Assembly (NCBI RefSeq): GCF_001949145.1
Contig: NW_019091358.1
Coordinates: forward strand, 3,218,535 to 3,282,534
Length of the DNA stretch: 64,000 nucleotides
Reading direction: 5' to 3'
From: Acanthaster planci
Taxonomy: Eukaryota
Shown here: positions 25,301 through 39,700 of the stretch, one piece after another
How the letters are laid out: every line of letters starts with the position of its first letter
Position numbering within the stretch: position 1 is the first letter of the stretch
Translations under genes and position numbers: made by a program
The notes under the pieces: model-generated
Told to the model about the DNA's origin: nothing
The model's database searches: none
The model's input: only the letters and a program-made list of their open reading frames with translations

Positions 25301-28300
25301 CAGCAGGGCATTGTTGATGTGCGCGACTCCTTCGGCTCTTGGGTACCGCAGTGAAAAATCAGGGAGAAGACAGCCCCTGTCCCGACCACAATTACGGCAA
25401 GGTACTGGAATGGGAGAAGAGCAAATTAGTATTGAGAATTGGTCGACATCTTTCCACAAAACATAGGGTTTCCTCAGGGCTTGTACAAGAGGCTAGACTT
25501 TATGCTCTATCAAAAAGCAATGTTTGTTCTTGGCACCCATGTGCAAGATTCCACATTGATTAAGAATTCCAGCTTAGTTGAAGATCATATGCTGTGGCAT
25601 TATGTTCATTACCCTTCTTGAAACCCCCATTTGAAATAACATCAACAGGATGAATGAGGAACTTAATTTTCTAACCTCATAGCTTCACATGAGATGATTT
25701 GAATGGCAAGATAGGGTGAAGAGTTTTGCAACTACTTCCAGCGGCTTACTAACCCTGAACTGGGGAACATCAGCTGACGACAGGACTGACGAATCCGTTG
25801 AGTTTAAAAGCACCCAGCAAATGCCATAAACAAAGATGTTGGCAAACACAGTAAATGAATATCTGAGGACAAAATATATTCAAAGATCTAAATGATAAAG
25901 GCAAACTGAATATAATTCATCGTTTGGCAAAGTACATGTAACACCTAGTAAGCTCTAATGTTGCAGCCCTATAATGTATGCATGATGTCTCACATTGTTG
26001 TTATGTACTTGCTATTGGTGAGCCACATCCTTGTTGGCAATTGCATTTTGATCATTTCATGCTTTGAAATGTTTCAGAAACGAGTATTCACAGGAATAGT
26101 TCCACACAAGCTTAAACAAATGGTTGAATGAACATTCAACATCATTGCAGTGACATTCTTGGGCATGTTCCAGAAACACCTATCACCAACTTTTACTTTG
26201 CACTCTGACTTGCGCTAACTGCAGATGGCTGGATAGAAAAGAGACAAAACAGGCTCTTCTCATCTTTGAAGCTTAGTGTTCATTTAGACAGTTGACTCTC
26301 ATTATTATGAGATCTGCGGTACCAAGTGGAGACGTTCATTTTATCTGAAATTTGTTGCAAGCGTAACGCAGAGCAAAGGCTTTGGTGTACATGTATTGCA
26401 TGAATAGGTCAAATTGTGTACAATGCCATGTGCAATGTACATATGCACTGTACATGCATACCTGTGAACGTGGTTGATGTTAATGATGTCCAAAAGATCT
26501 TTTGGTTATGATTAATCAAATAAACCGTGATGTGTACAGAGTAATAAACTTCATTGTCATGTTTAATGTACATGTGAGATAAAAGGCAAATACATGTAAA
26601 AGCATCGATCCAGGGATTTTTTCTAAAACTTTCGATGGCCATGGATGAGGACGAAGTTAACTTAACGGCATGTACATGTAGACTCATCAACTGGAGCCCC
26701 CATCCGTGTAAGTAGTCTTCCCAACATAGATTGCGTCATGCAGAGACATATTTATTTAATTTTCCATCTGTCTTTTGATGTTCGGCACTAGCTGCATGAC
26801 CACGATTGATCGATAGTCTGAGTTCACTTGCCCACCACGGTGCGGTCGCCCACGCGCGAGACGGTCGCTGAAGAAATAGGATGTTACGAGGAGATATTGT
26901 GATTGGATAGCTACATGTACGTCTCACAAAATGTATGTCATGTAAACACACAATCTCATTGGTGGGCGAGCTTGTTCTTTAGGAGCAACATGAATAATTC
27001 AGTGTTGGGCGATTAGTTGGGATCTTGAGAAGGGAGAATTTTTATCAGAATTGGGAAGGCATGTTTTGTTTTGGTGTTGGTATAATCAGTGTAAAAAAAT
27101 AATTGATTTTTCAATCGTGCACTACCCCAGTCACGACAACAGGAAACTTGTGAACGACGTCAGTACATGTATATCGCGTTATAAGCGTGAGTAATGCATC
27201 TAGAGGGGTGGGCGATAAACCTCAGCTCTGGCTTTTGTGGAAACACACTCGCTTCAAGTACGAGCAGTACAACCTCAAATTAAATTCATGAACACAGAAA
27301 ATACAAACATCGACATGAGATCAATTTCTGTGAATGAACTTGCAGAAATTCGAAACGGCAATTTCTTTTTTTTATTTTAGAGCAATGTAATGCAACATAC
27401 AATACTTTTTTGGCTAGAAGAGGTACATACCGGTAGACTGGTTACTGCATTTCTATCATGCCTTCTTTGGCAATGATTCGGCGTGGCAGGAACCAATGCG
27501 GCATTGCTTCAATTGCATTGCGCATAACACTTGTTATAAATGGGTCATCCAAAATGGTTTTTCAGGCAACAGAGTCACAAAAACCTTTCGTTGTAACCAG
27601 GATTTTGTACAATGTGATTTTGCTGTAACAGATTTGCTCCCCATAGAAATGTGCCCATTTTCACCGGAACCACAGATGTGTTGTTGTAACCGGAATTTCT
27701 TTACAATCGATTTCGTAATAACGAGAGTCAACTGTATATTGCAGGTTCATTTTATATTTCACAGACAGTATTTATGTCCTCTCCGTGGCCACCATTTTGT
27801 TGATTACAAAGCCGGGCTCAGCATATTTTTCCTGTCACAGCATGGAGAATCATCCCTGGCAAAATCTTGTAACTACTAATACATAATGAAACATTGGACA
27901 GTTGAAATGTCTATTTTTTTTGTGTGCACTGAAGCGTTATCCATCATTTTGGTTTCAACAGTCGAGACACTCCTGTCACAACTCTCTCTGTAAACAGCCC
28001 TGATATTGTGTTTGTTTGTTTATAGTTTTGGTTAAGGGGTTTGCTTACATGTAAGTTTAAGTGTTCTCTTTTGTTGTGGTTTAGATTTTCTTTTATGCTT
28101 TTGTTGTTTGATGGGGGAACTTACCTAATCGCATTGAGGGCCACCCTCTCGGTGGCCACATTGGTCAGTTCAGGGATAAGGGACAGGTGAGAGATCTGCG
28201 TGGAAGCCCAGCCAAACTGGAAGATGACGATGAACGGAGTGAAATAGATCACCTTGGCCCACTCACTGGTGTCGGTGGGGCCCAGGGTCGGGCTGAAGAT

Positions 28301-31300
28301 GAAGATAAACGTGCTCATGACGCAGATGGTGCCTGTTAGTTCAGATGTAGATCCCCACGGACACATAAATAAAAAGAAACACACACTTAGAGAATTAGTA
28401 ATCTTTGAGTCTTGACAAGTGCATCAAATGTGGGCGATTGACAACAGTCCACCTCCAAGAGCTTGCAACATGTTGGCCAGTCAACCCTACGCAAAATATG
28501 TTGACCCTTTTCGAACGCGCACTGGGTCGACAGATTTCGCGCATTATGATTGGCCAACGCGTTGCAGACACTTGGAGATGCACTTTTGTGAAATGTCCTT
28601 ACTCAGTAGCTACTACAATGAAAATATACTTTTAATAAACGTGGTCAGGAAGAATTTGTTACCATCCGCAATGTGATATCATAAAAAAATTCTATTTGTG
28701 AGAAAATTGCATGGGATTTGAAATCAATCCATTCCTGTCTCAGTTTATACTAGCCTACCTGTAGCCTTTTTTCACTTTTTTCCCCCTTCAGATCACAAAA
28801 ATGAAAAGCATAAACTAACAAGCATTTTGTTCGCCCCATTAAACTAAGGGGGTCATCCATTTTTGTCATCCTTTTCACAAGTGTACAAAACACACTCTTT
28901 ACTCTGGCCCCTTTCAAACAAGAAAAGGAAGATGGCCAAAGAGCCATTTCGGTATTTCAAAATATCAAGGTCGTTCGGGAACAAAGCAGGGCATGAACAA
29001 GCATATGGCTGCACTGATAGGACAGACAATCTCGTATGTGTGTAGCTGATCCTGAATAGCCTTGCATTGGGCATGCCCTGTTGGAATACTTAACAGGCTC
29101 GTTGGCCTTCTTCCATTTTTATGAAAGTGAACGTATGTGTACACGTAAGCTTCAAACTCCTTCCCAAAGGACCATACGGTGGATGTATATTTGCGTGTGC
29201 ACACACACCCATGGACAGTACACCCATGTACATACCATTCTGGAATTTTTTGGGGACAATGCTTTGCTCTTGTGTACTGAAACACTTCGGGTGTGAGACA
29301 CTGCTTTCAAACTCTTCCCAAACCATTTACTTTCCTGGGTTAAATTTTTATCCGAATGTCCCTTATACATGAACTTAAATTTGCTAGAGATACAGGTAAT
29401 TACAAATTAAAAATTCCTCCCATTTGAAATTCTTGTGGAGACCTTGTACACCTTTAGAATTTCCCTGTGGAGACCTTAACAACCAATCATCCTAGGTCTC
29501 CACAAGGCACCATATTTCAGGCATAGATGTTTACATCAACTCTGATGCATTCGGTTATGTACAATTCCCTGCTATGGTAATTCCACTGCAAGTGTAAAGG
29601 ACCACAGGTATGTACATGTAGGCCACGGCTTCCTCTACTGGTATGTGCCAAAAACTTACCCAACAGGTGCCAGGTTTTTCGCTTGCCGTAGCGGCAGCCA
29701 AGGGATCTGTCAGACTCGTAGCCGATGAGAGGCGTGCACAGGGCATCGCTCACCTGCCCAATCAGCAACATGTAACCAGCATTCACATTACTTTGAAAAA
29801 GGGAAAAGAAAAGAAAATTAACTGGAATTTGCATGTACTGTATGAGACCTGTTCTATTAGGGTAATTAAATGCTTTCTTGAATCCTGCTCTGCTCAGCTA
29901 GATATCTGTATACAATAGAGGCATTTCACATTAGCACTGTCTGCGCATATCTGCATCAAAACCAAGGCTCTCTGTGTTTAACTTGGTCGCGCCCGCCTGC
30001 GGAGTCCACACAGGACATGGAGTATCCGTTCGTAAGTGTGACGCCACTTCAGTTTAAACCACGCCCACTGCATAAGATACACGACCATCGCATGGTACGT
30101 TAGTTCGCGGTCAATTGTCGTTAGTTTTTCTTTTAATTTTACGTGTCAAGTCATCCTGAAAGACTCTTCCTCAAAAATGTGCGGCCTGAAAAGTCTGAAT
30201 TTAACATACCTTTATGTATTTTGTGTCTTGACTCCTTAATTTCAGTCGTCTGATCATACTAAGAATTGAAGCTGACACATACAGCCTCGTTTTCAAACAC
30301 GGAAGTGCGCAGATCGACGCTAAAAGTGTCGTATTGGGATCCATCTATATTCATGTACATTGTATGTACATGTATCACTACAATACTCACACTGTACATA
30401 CAGGCACCAGATGCGTACATTATGTTCTCAAAGAAAAGGGCAACCTTCAGTGAAGTGAACTTGAAGATATTCTACCAACAAAATTATACCAGCGACCTAT
30501 TTCATATAATTCACATCACTACCTAATTACAATAGTTAACACAGAAGTTTGCGGTACACGTGCATTTGCACAACTAAGAAAAACATACTTATAAGCACTG
30601 CATGTATTTCATTACATACATGTAAATCAGATGTGCTAAAGAAAGTTGTTGTTACATTGTACTGGGTATGTACTGTAACTTTTCCTTCAAGTTCTAGTGT
30701 GACAGGTGCTTTGGCTGTTACTGCTTTACCGCTTATGATGTCTGTGAAATAGATGGCCGGTGTGTTAAAATGAAATAGAGGGAATTGATATGCCTGATTT
30801 CCACCTGTCATTTTACTGTTTCCAATCGGCCGATGCTTTGCCAGAAAACAATTTCTCCCCGTAAAAGTATACCACAGACAACAGATTGTTCCGGTTTCAC
30901 TTTCTTTCAACCCGCTGTACATGTAGCCCTAAAGAGAACATGAATTCTTGAAAAACAATTCTTCTGCAGGATGGAACATGAAGTCACAACCCAAGTTTGA
31001 AAGAACTTCTTCATGGACGTGTAGCTCTATGCAAAGTACACAGTATAATATTCACTCCACTCAGAAATCTTCCTCAATCCTGACAAATCCTCTAAAAACC
31101 ATATGGGTGTAAGCCCTGTCTGCACTGGACTATTTTGGGTCAACTTGGGACGTCCAGTGCGGACACAAATATGGATGCCAAAAGCCTTCCCGAATTTATT
31201 ACTACGGGTTTTTTAGGACAATTCTGGAAAATGTGGACATAAATTAGTACAAGAATCATAAATTTGTTTTGTGTGAAATACCGGCAGTATGAACCTGTTT

Positions 31301-34300
31301 CCATTAACTGAATGATAATCCTACTTACATGAAGGTGCAACTCTTTCATAAAAGAAAATCTGCGTACAACTTCCTGAGAGTGCACTGAATTTCACATGTT
31401 GACATTTCATTTTAGCACATCTGCAATCCTGAATTCCTTTTAATTAACCATCAATCTGTTTTGCTAACTATGCAGCCAATTTCCCCCTCCCCCACAGTGT
31501 CTTTTTTTAAGGAATGCCTGACCAGAAAGCATTGGAACTCATTCAGGCCTACATGTATGTGTTAACAAAAGTAAACAGTAACATACAGCATGAGGACTGT
31601 TTGATTGAAGGATTAAAAGTTTGAATATTCATGACAACTGAACAAAACAAAGTCTCCAGGGGGTGGTTGCACTCAACATTGGAGAGGTGACACCTGTGAA
31701 ATGCACAGCCTGGTACATGTACAACCATTCTCAGACAGCTGTCTTTTGACATCTTGGTACTGGTGGACAGGTCATTGTCCAATATGCATGTTTCTGAAGC
31801 ACAATGAAAGTTAAGACCAGGCTGTGTGTACACAAGACTTTAAGCAAACCACTTCACAGTCCCAGCAGAATTATTCCAACTTCCTGAACCATTTGTTTAC
31901 TCTCCTTACATGTACATAAATGTAAACAAAGGGCCAGTACAAGTATGTACAGGTATATATAGAGACTTTGCATGGAAGCCATCTTTCAGGGCTCTTCTTT
32001 GTTCCACAGGGACACTTCCTTTGTGCATATCCTGTGGAACAAAAGCGCTGGACTGCACAATGGCAGCCGTGCAAACCATATATTATAGTTACACATGTAC
32101 CAGGCTACACAGTCACAGCAATTCAACTGTTAAAATATTAATCATTCTTACAAGGTTTCCCTAAGATCACTGGAGGTCTGCGATTGATTGACTGGCTCTG
32201 TTCCAGATACTTTGGAATCAATCGCTATGCAACAAGGTCACATGGGCAAGATCTGGAGTGACCTATTGAATATCAACAGGCTGTACATGTACATGTAGGT
32301 AGGAATCTGGCAAAAACCCAAACCACAATAACAATGACATTTCAGAATAATCTGTAACACGTGGCTTTTGTTTTTTAATTTAAAAACCACAATATTTCAA
32401 AATGGTATTTCTAGGGGCAAAACCAATATATACATACATGTACCAGTACATGTAATGCAGAAGCATAAGTATGGTGACTCAGAAACTGCAAGTGTTCATA
32501 AATTTTATAGAAAAAATACAGTCTTTCCATTCTCATAAACGTAACTGCTCACACACCTGTACAGTACACCCTCTCTACTTGAATAGTCAGTAAACATAAA
32601 CGATGGCCATTAGAGTTCGCCACAGTGAAAATAAGGCTCAAAAAGAAGCGTATCCAAATTTGGGGAAAAGGCATTATGATAAGAAAACACTTAAAACTAC
32701 AACATGCCCCTCTCCCCCCCCCAAAAAAAGAACAAAACACAAACTTGTGGCATGACTCGTTATCATACAGCAAATGTTTTCCTGGGGTGTTAACACTGCT
32801 TCCCTGGTACTAGTACCTGACCCCTTCCACTTTGCATTTTTCCCAAGGATCATTTAGCTTCCGATTCGTAAACAGTATCTGAACTACCAGTACTGTCCAA
32901 AATGCGACATCTGTTGAATCCAGTGGTCACCATGGTCAAAGCCAAAGACATTTAAGTTTGCTTAAAGTGCAGCTGCAATTAACTTTTCTTCGAGACAATT
33001 TTTCTGCATCTCTGTACTCTTCTTTGACGTATGAAAACTCTTTTAACACTCCTCTTTGGTTAAATGCATCGAAAGTGCACGTTTTTAAACAATCAAAATT
33101 ATTCATGTTTTCCCGGACAAGGGAGGGCACTGTTGTGGTGAAGTCATCTGGGGAAGACATGGCTCAGTGCATAGGTGCGGCACTACATTACATGTATTTC
33201 TGTTCCACTTGTGAACCCAAGAATTTACTAAATGAATTTATTATATTTCTGAGAGAGGGATTGATGGTTTCTCATTGCTATGCACATAAATAATGAATCA
33301 GTAGAGAAGATAAAACTAAGCCCAGGAAAATCTGCAAAAACACAGGACTTTCTTGTGTACAAACCAAGGTAATATTGAGGTTCTTATTGGGACGAAATTC
33401 ATCACAGTTTTGCTCATGAATATGGAAATACTCACTGGCATAAAACCAAAAAGGCATTAAAATACCCTTTGAAATAGTGAAACCAATGTTGAAAATAAGG
33501 TTTACTGAGGCACAAAGGTGCATTTCACAGGTTTGTAATCCAAAAAGTTGATTGCAGCTACCCTTTAAGTACTTAAAGACTAAAAGACACTGCAATTGAG
33601 CAGAATTCCTCACTGTTTATACTATACCTTGCTTTTTCAAGCATGACTTACCCATGTGCCCTTCTTTGATAGTTTCATGAATTCAGAGAGAAAAAGCTTT
33701 ACTACTGTCAGCGTTTCATTTCACATAATATTTAATACAGACATGAGCGTTATAACATGATATATGTGCATGTAATTAAGTTGATGTAACCTCCTCTAGT
33801 ATCCCATTTCCTCCATCCTTTGATAACATCCTAAGGGTATCGGGTGTCAACACAAGTACATGTAAATCTTTGGTCCATGTACATGTACAGGTAGGTGTAC
33901 TTGTACATGTAGCTCACCTTGCTTTCATAACACCTGCCTTACAGTATACATGTACATGTGTAAAGCCCAATGCAGTTACTATACAGTAGCTACACAAGTG
34001 TTCCTATTTTTCCTTTTTTCCCGCACAGAATTATATTGTGAATTAGTGCCATTTCGTTACCTTCTTTTACATGTAAATGTGGTATTTTCAATGGAAGAAT
34101 TTAAACCACATGATATCATGAACATTGCATATTTATGGTGCACATATGGCAGAACAATCTCAAGGGGCAATACACAAGGTCATCTCATGGGTTCTGTCAT
34201 CATCAATAGAAAAATCCAGTGTGGCATAAATCAACATTATCAGAGACCTGGGAAAGTTTGGAAACAGTTTTTATGACTGACAAAGGACATGTACACATCT

Positions 34301-36783
34301 GTGGGTAAACTGAAATTGTGTAAAGGGCGGATGTACATTAATGTGACAGTGTCACCATTCTTGTCTTTGGTGAATCTAAAGTACATGTACATACATCTTT
34401 TTCTATTCTAGACTTTTTCAAGTAAGGAAGTGACACTAGTGGAATGTTTCTTCAACTTAAAAAAATGAAAAACATTTTAAAAAGTGAAGGCTCTACAAAC
34501 ATGTATACAGGTACATGTTTGAGATGTCCGCACCCAAACAAACACTTTGTGTTTTTTTGGGGGGGGGGCAGATCCTCAAATTCTGCGATTCTGCAATTTT
34601 AGATCGTGTTTCATTAGCACATGTATGTGATCCAAGCCAGTATTTAGGTATGGTTACATTTCTTAAGTAGGGGATTAAGTGCCCCCAGGGTAAACGGAAG
34701 TCAGGTGCATGCATTCTTTTTCCTGCGACGTGACTTTTCGGGGGTTGAACTTCGATTCTGTGTGGGTTCAGTGTCCAAAGAAAAACAATGTTTTTTAGAT
34801 TGCCTACATAGCTGAAAGAGCAAAGTTTCAAAAACTGTTTACAATCGGATTGACTCATTCAAGTTATTCTCTTGATCTGTTCACTTCTTGTTTTCCCTTT
34901 ACTACCAATAAACACTTTAGACTTTTCCACTTAATGCTGATTATAGTAGCAAATTGTGTTACAAGGATGTGCAGGTGTACATGTAGCATACACAGTGTGG
35001 ACCTCCGTACAAAAGAAGTCCAAATAATGTAGACTGTGGCGCACTGTGGACTTGCACGCATCCACACAAATTTTTCCCCTCTCTGAAAAACAACTTCAAA
35101 GGCATTTTCGGGTCAAGGTTGTCAGTGGCAAAATACAGAGGAACAGTCCAGGAAATCATCATCAAAAATCCAGCTCCAGAAGGAGTTATCCTCGCCGGAA
35201 AAAAGGAGCATTTTCCCAAGTCATAATCACAGGAGAAAAAAGGCATGTCCACACCGCATATGTGAAACAAGTACTGATATGTGTCAAGCTGTGCAGGTAA
35301 ATAATTACTTTTCAAGAAGCTCTCTTAAGTCTCAAGTACCTTAACAGAGGCTCAGTTCTACCTTCCTTTATCCTGCAACACCCTCCACACCTCTTTGGGG
35401 ATTTCAAACATTTTGGAAGAGCTACAGTAAAACGATAACATACTGGTACATGTAAAAACTATGATGTGCAGTAATGCATGCAGGGCGAGCCCATGAATGA
35501 TCCAACTGAAACTTTTACAATCTGCAGCTCACATTTTCGCTGTGGTTTTTTAGTCCACTTGTGTAACCGGAGCCCAGTTTCCTGAAACACAGCCATGCAG
35601 AAAATACTGGTGAATCCAGCACAGCAGATTTAGTCGGCTGTGAACCAGTCACACTCACAGTAAGTGCTCACGACATGCCACTTTGGCCTGCCAATACGGG
35701 TGCTTCTGAGCCTTGCATAATTACAGTACATGTACACCTATGCTCTCGGAAGTTACACAACCCTGGTTGCTTTGGCCTAGCAATGCTGCAATGGTTTTAA
35801 ATTGTGGGCTTTCACCAATAATTGTAACATAAAGCAACAAGTCATATCAGTGATCCCCTACACTGCAAGCCTCCCTTAGATTTACATGTACAAACCGTGC
35901 TTCTACAGACTGTTTTCTGGTAAATCTACGGCAGTTTAGGGCCGAGTCGATTCGAATAATTCACTATTCAAATATTTTACCTTCAATTTGATTGAATATC
36001 CGAATATTCGGTCGAACTGACCAGCAGATTGTTGATGAACAAATGACACATACAAAATCAGTTGCAATGACATACAAAATTGTACATTATGATCAATAGG
36101 ATAGCTTCCCACATCTAGGAGTATCTCCAGCCACAATTTAGCAAGATTTAAGAGATGAAAAAGGCTTCTTGCCCTATTGAAAATTTCTATTCCTTTTAAA
36201 ATGTGTAAATCGTTGCAAGATTTCTGACACTTTTCATTTGAATCTGCTTGAAACAAGCCTCCATAGCGCAATGTTTCTCATTTACAACAAAAGAACATTT
36301 TTCCCTTCCTTTTCATAATTTTGCATTCAAATATTCAAAATTGAAAAAATAATATTCAAATATTCGACAATCGATCAAATATTCAGATATTCGGCACAGC
36401 CCTAGTGCAGTTGAGTGGAAGAATTTCAAACTATTAGTTAAATGACAGCCTGTGGGAGAACTTAAAGGTTCATGTACATGTATGTCCATGCTCGTTTTAC
36501 AAAGTACTTGGGGAAGCCAGGGACCCCGATGTCCAATGACAAAAGACAGCTTTAACCTGGGACAACGTCTCTCACACATGTACAGTACTTACCCGAATGC
36601 TAAAACTTTATGGTAGAAGATAAGCAAGTAACTAAACCACATGGAGGCACACAGATCGTTGAGGACATGGCCTACACCGTAGGCAAACCGGCGAGGCAGG
36701 CTGAGAAGGAACGGAGCATCTGGTGCTGTGATGGTCTTTCTCCTTCCTTGGTCCTTGACCGGAGATTTGTTGGCCTCCGCCAT
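19622..36783 (-). CDS. MFSD12: Major facilitator superfamily domain-containing protein 12-like transporter (MFS_2/GPH family), 11 coding exons, 529 aa
   Basis: Exons in phase with GT/AG: 36593-36783, 29660-29790, 28125-28332, 25754-25862, 25213-25404, 24449-24541, 24059-24151, 23344-23511, 22732-22826, 21525-21655, 19622-19800 (1590 nt including TAG). Hallmarks: [82 protein letters not shown]. Confidence 0.93.
19871..19998. mobile_element. Short MITE
   Basis: TIRs cagagggggcgtccgaattcaatc / gattggctttgcacgccccctctg. Confidence 0.6.
21525..21655 (-). CDS. MFSD12: MFSD12 coding exon 10
   Basis: [33 protein letters not shown]. Confidence 0.9.
21850..22330 (+). mobile_element. 5'-truncated LINE (CR1/L2-like) 3' end with (AAAT)n tail
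   Basis: Translation [41 protein letters not shown] resembles the C-terminus of CR1/L2-clade ORF2; followed by an AT-rich 3'UTR and (taaa)n; 5' boundary approximate. Confidence 0.7.
22732..22826 (-). CDS. MFSD12: MFSD12 coding exon 9
   Basis: [31 protein letters not shown]. Confidence 0.92.
23344..23511 (-). CDS. MFSD12: MFSD12 coding exon 8
   Basis: [13 protein letters not shown]...[23 protein letters not shown]. Confidence 0.9.
23690..23829. mobile_element. TTAA-flanked MITE
   Basis: TTAA|CCCTCC...GGGGGA|TTAA with inverted subterminal cagtcaaaa / ttttgactg repeats. Confidence 0.6.
23885..23966. repeat. ~80-bp hairpin (34-bp imperfect stem)
   Basis: gttgactgctgcgatgcgggatatgatgttttga-gggtgt-tcaaaatatcatattccacatcacagcagacaac. 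Confidence 0.75.
24059..24151 (-). CDS. MFSD12: MFSD12 coding exon 7
   Basis: [31 protein letters not shown]. Confidence 0.9.
24449..24541 (-). CDS. MFSD12: MFSD12 coding exon 6
   Basis: [31 protein letters not shown]. Confidence 0.9.
24975..25193. mobile_element. hAT-like element end with (GACTT)-rich subterminal repeats
   Basis: Repeated gacttgtgacttg motifs ending in ggttacaacac, similar to the actacaacac termini at 53768 and 63022. Confidence 0.5.
25213..25404 (-). CDS. MFSD12: MFSD12 coding exon 5
   Basis: [23 protein letters not shown]...[12 protein letters not shown]. Confidence 0.9.
25754..25862 (-). CDS. MFSD12: MFSD12 coding exon 4
   Basis: [19 protein letters not shown]...PQFR; GT/AG boundaries. 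Confidence 0.9.
26289..27734. mobile_element. Tc1/pogo(Tigger)-like non-autonomous element, ~1.45 kb
   Basis: TIRs cagttgactctcattattatga / tcgtaataacgagagtcaactg (20/22, CpG-type differences); TA on the right flank; pairing of the two ends is inferred. Confidence 0.62.
28125..28332 (-). CDS. MFSD12: MFSD12 coding exon 3
   Basis: TICV...[19 protein letters not shown]...ALNAI; phases 1/2. Confidence 0.92.
28427..28604. mobile_element. Palindromic MITE, copy 2
   Basis: Homologous to 12477-12652 (tgggtcgacagatttc..cattatgattgg.caac.cgttgca.acacttggag). Confidence 0.7.
29660..29790 (-). CDS. MFSD12: MFSD12 coding exon 2
   Basis: [25 protein letters not shown]...WHLL; phases 2/1 fit the neighbouring exons. 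Confidence 0.92.
35937..36404. mobile_element. hAT-like MITE
   Basis: TIRs tagggccgagtcga / tcggcacagcccta, (aatattc) subterminal repeats, degenerate 8-bp TSD cggcagtt/gtgcagtt. Confidence 0.7.
36593..36783 (-). CDS. MFSD12: MFSD12 coding exon 1 (exon continues as 5'UTR to an acceptor at 36861)
   Basis: MAEANK...[27 protein letters not shown] donor; strong polypyrimidine acceptor upstream. Confidence 0.92.
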
Positions 36784-39700
36784 TCTTGAAAAGCGCCAGC
36801 TGCCTAGACGAGGGTTTCAGCAGAGCGTCTGTTGTTTCTGTGGAAGCGTGAAGCGTGATTTCTGTCAATCAAAAAAAAAAGAGAAAACAGTACTGAAGAA
36901 ATCTTTACAGTGAAAAAGGTGACATACTAGCCTAATTTTGGAAATCACTTGCAACAAGATACAATTATCGGTACATGTATAGATATCAACATTAAATACA
37001 AAGACCAAAAAATGTCAATTACTCAAAATTTTGACTAAATGAGATCTACATGTATTCGTTTATACATGTACATGTACACACACACTCTTAAAATACCAGC
37101 ATGCTTGCACTGAGCAACCAACTACACTACATACAGTCAAACAGTAGTGCTTATTGATGACAAACCGTATGATGTAAAGCATTTTTAATATTGCTGGTAT
37201 TTGTTTTGACACTTAGTTCATCATCAAAACTGTACCTACAGACTGAACATGTACATGTACCCTCTGTATCGATGGAAACATGCCTCCAGAGATGCAGAAA
37301 ATGTTGTTATGTACATGTAGAGGTGTGGATCTAGAACTATAAAGCCACAAAGCAGCCTAAAGTACGGTGCCAGCAGCTGCTTCGCATGTGGTCCTCTCGA
37401 CCTGCGACGGATGAAGAATGGTGAAATCACAGTCAGGCATTGAGCATTTTACAACCTGTTCACGGGTGTCTTTGAATTCCAAGAATTTGACCCTGCACGT
37501 GACTCCAGGTCCTTGATATTGACTGATCAAAATAGGATCACATCTGCGCGCCAATTGCACTCCTGAAGTACAGCAGGTACGGGGGTTACCCACAGGTACC
37601 AGTTTCAGCCGGAACAGCTTTTATGCCTAGCACATAGTTAACACTTCATACAGTTCACCAAGTGAGCTTTGGCAAACATATACATGTACATGTATGGGTA
37701 CCAGTGCAAGTGTTCTTTTCGGGGGACGGAATGAGGAAACCAGTCAAGCACACATTTGTTTAAATTAACAAATTCTCCTAAAAATGGTCTGGGGAGAGGA
37801 TTCTTATTAATGAGGTGCTTTGTTTTTATCACAGCAAACAGTCTAAAGGGGTTTTAAAATATGCAGACATATGGAATAGGATGGGGGATGTACCATATTG
37901 GTTTGATGGTCACGTGCTGTACATACCGCCGTTACCGGCACAGTACATGTATACATGTACGGCCAACTTACCAAGTGAAAAAGTTGTTTTCAAAAATTTT
38001 AATCATTGAACTAACCTGCTGTGCCGATGTGGTACATTCTAAACACACATTTTTGCATGACTATCTGTGAAAACTTGAACTTTGGGGGAAAGAAATGGAA
38101 TACCACTTTTCAGTGTGACGCATGGGGAAATGACTAGCTGTGTCATTAGGCTAGTTTTTTCAGCGTTGTTATCACAATGACGTCACAGGTACAAACATGT
38201 ACATGTGTGTACATGTAAGTCTTGAGACTACAGTAAACATACATGTACATTGAGCCTTCCCCTTGATGAACAATCTACCGGTAGGTTTGTGGAACTGATA
38301 CACTTTCTAATGTCACAGCTGGATGCGATGTGAAAGGACTGAGGGTAAAGTGTTTTTACAGGCCAATCACATGATCATTCTGGGTTAATGAAAACGGAAT
38401 TCAAACAGTAACGCAACAATTAAATTTACAAGCAAAATTTCATTTGAATCAACAGTCCTATCACTGAATCACTTTCACAAACTCCGCTGAGTCCACACTG
38501 ATTACTTAAGTTCTTCAGTGGCTTCTGCACGTGTCAACATGACCCATGTCAGTGCATGCAGCAGTTTTCCTAGCAACCAGTGAAAACAGTTTTTGAGGGT
38601 CAGCTAAGGTTATTATCATAATGAGCTCCAACCCCAAACCCTTGTGTTTGTGTGGATGTGCAGATTTAGCGGTCTTTGCACATGTAAATCTGTACCAGAA
38701 ACTAGGGGAGATGGGAGATGACTTACCAGTAAAACAAAAACTATTGCCCAGCCATGGAATTCCAAAAGGGGAGGGGGTAGGATTGCTGGACACCTTATGA
38801 CACTGAGGGCACTATTCATAATACAGATACCAAGTACAAGTACTGTACCAGTACATGACAACCTTTAACCTTACAAAGGCCATATTTAAAGCATTTGTAC
38901 ATGTGCCTACACGTACATGTAAAACTACATGTATGGCGTCCGATGTCGTGCTTTGTTTTCATGTGCACTTTCCAGTGGGAGCTCCATGAAACGTGCTCTA
39001 CCCCACCGCCATAGGAAAGCGCACACATAAACAAAGTGTGACATTATCATGTTCACGTTAGGTCTTTTGCTCATCCCGTCTTAGTAAAAAGGTGGCGGGG
39101 AGGGGTACATACATGTACTGTAGTCAAATATATCACAAGTATGTACATGCATGTACGTGTACAATGTACATGTATACATGTACATGTAAGTCCCTGCAAG
39201 ACTATCACAAGTCCATCACAGGTCATTCAGTCTTGAGCTGAGGCACAAGCTATTCAAATGAACTCCAACAAAAGCCTTCCTTTGCCATTGTTCATCCGGT
39301 TACTTATGCCTGGTCTCGTGAAAAGACTTATGATTTGACTTGTGATGGACTCTACTACTACACCTGGGGATTCGAGTACATGTATATCCCTACATGTTCA
39401 CCTCCCCCCCCCCGGGGGTCACAAAGGCCACACGTGGTCACTGTTCTCCCTTAATTTTGTCACTGCAAGTGGACTGTGGGTACTTTTTGTATACAGCTTG
39501 TTATCTACATGTAGCAGGTCATTTCCCCACACACACAAGAGGGTCACCTGCTGGCCTTGCCTGTCACAAGTTACAGATGGCTAGTGATAAATGCCTTGAC
39601 CAGGGACAGGCTATCTATCGACAAATCATTGTTAAAATCAAATCCTAAAATCAGGAATTGTACATGTACTAGTAGATTAGCCTTCTGGCATGGCGGGAAT

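Noticed and set aside
32860..33568. Possible Kolobok-like element ending ...gctaccct|TTAA (similar isolated ends near 13303 and 31443)
   Set aside because: Only one terminus could be seen in each case, so boundaries cannot be supported
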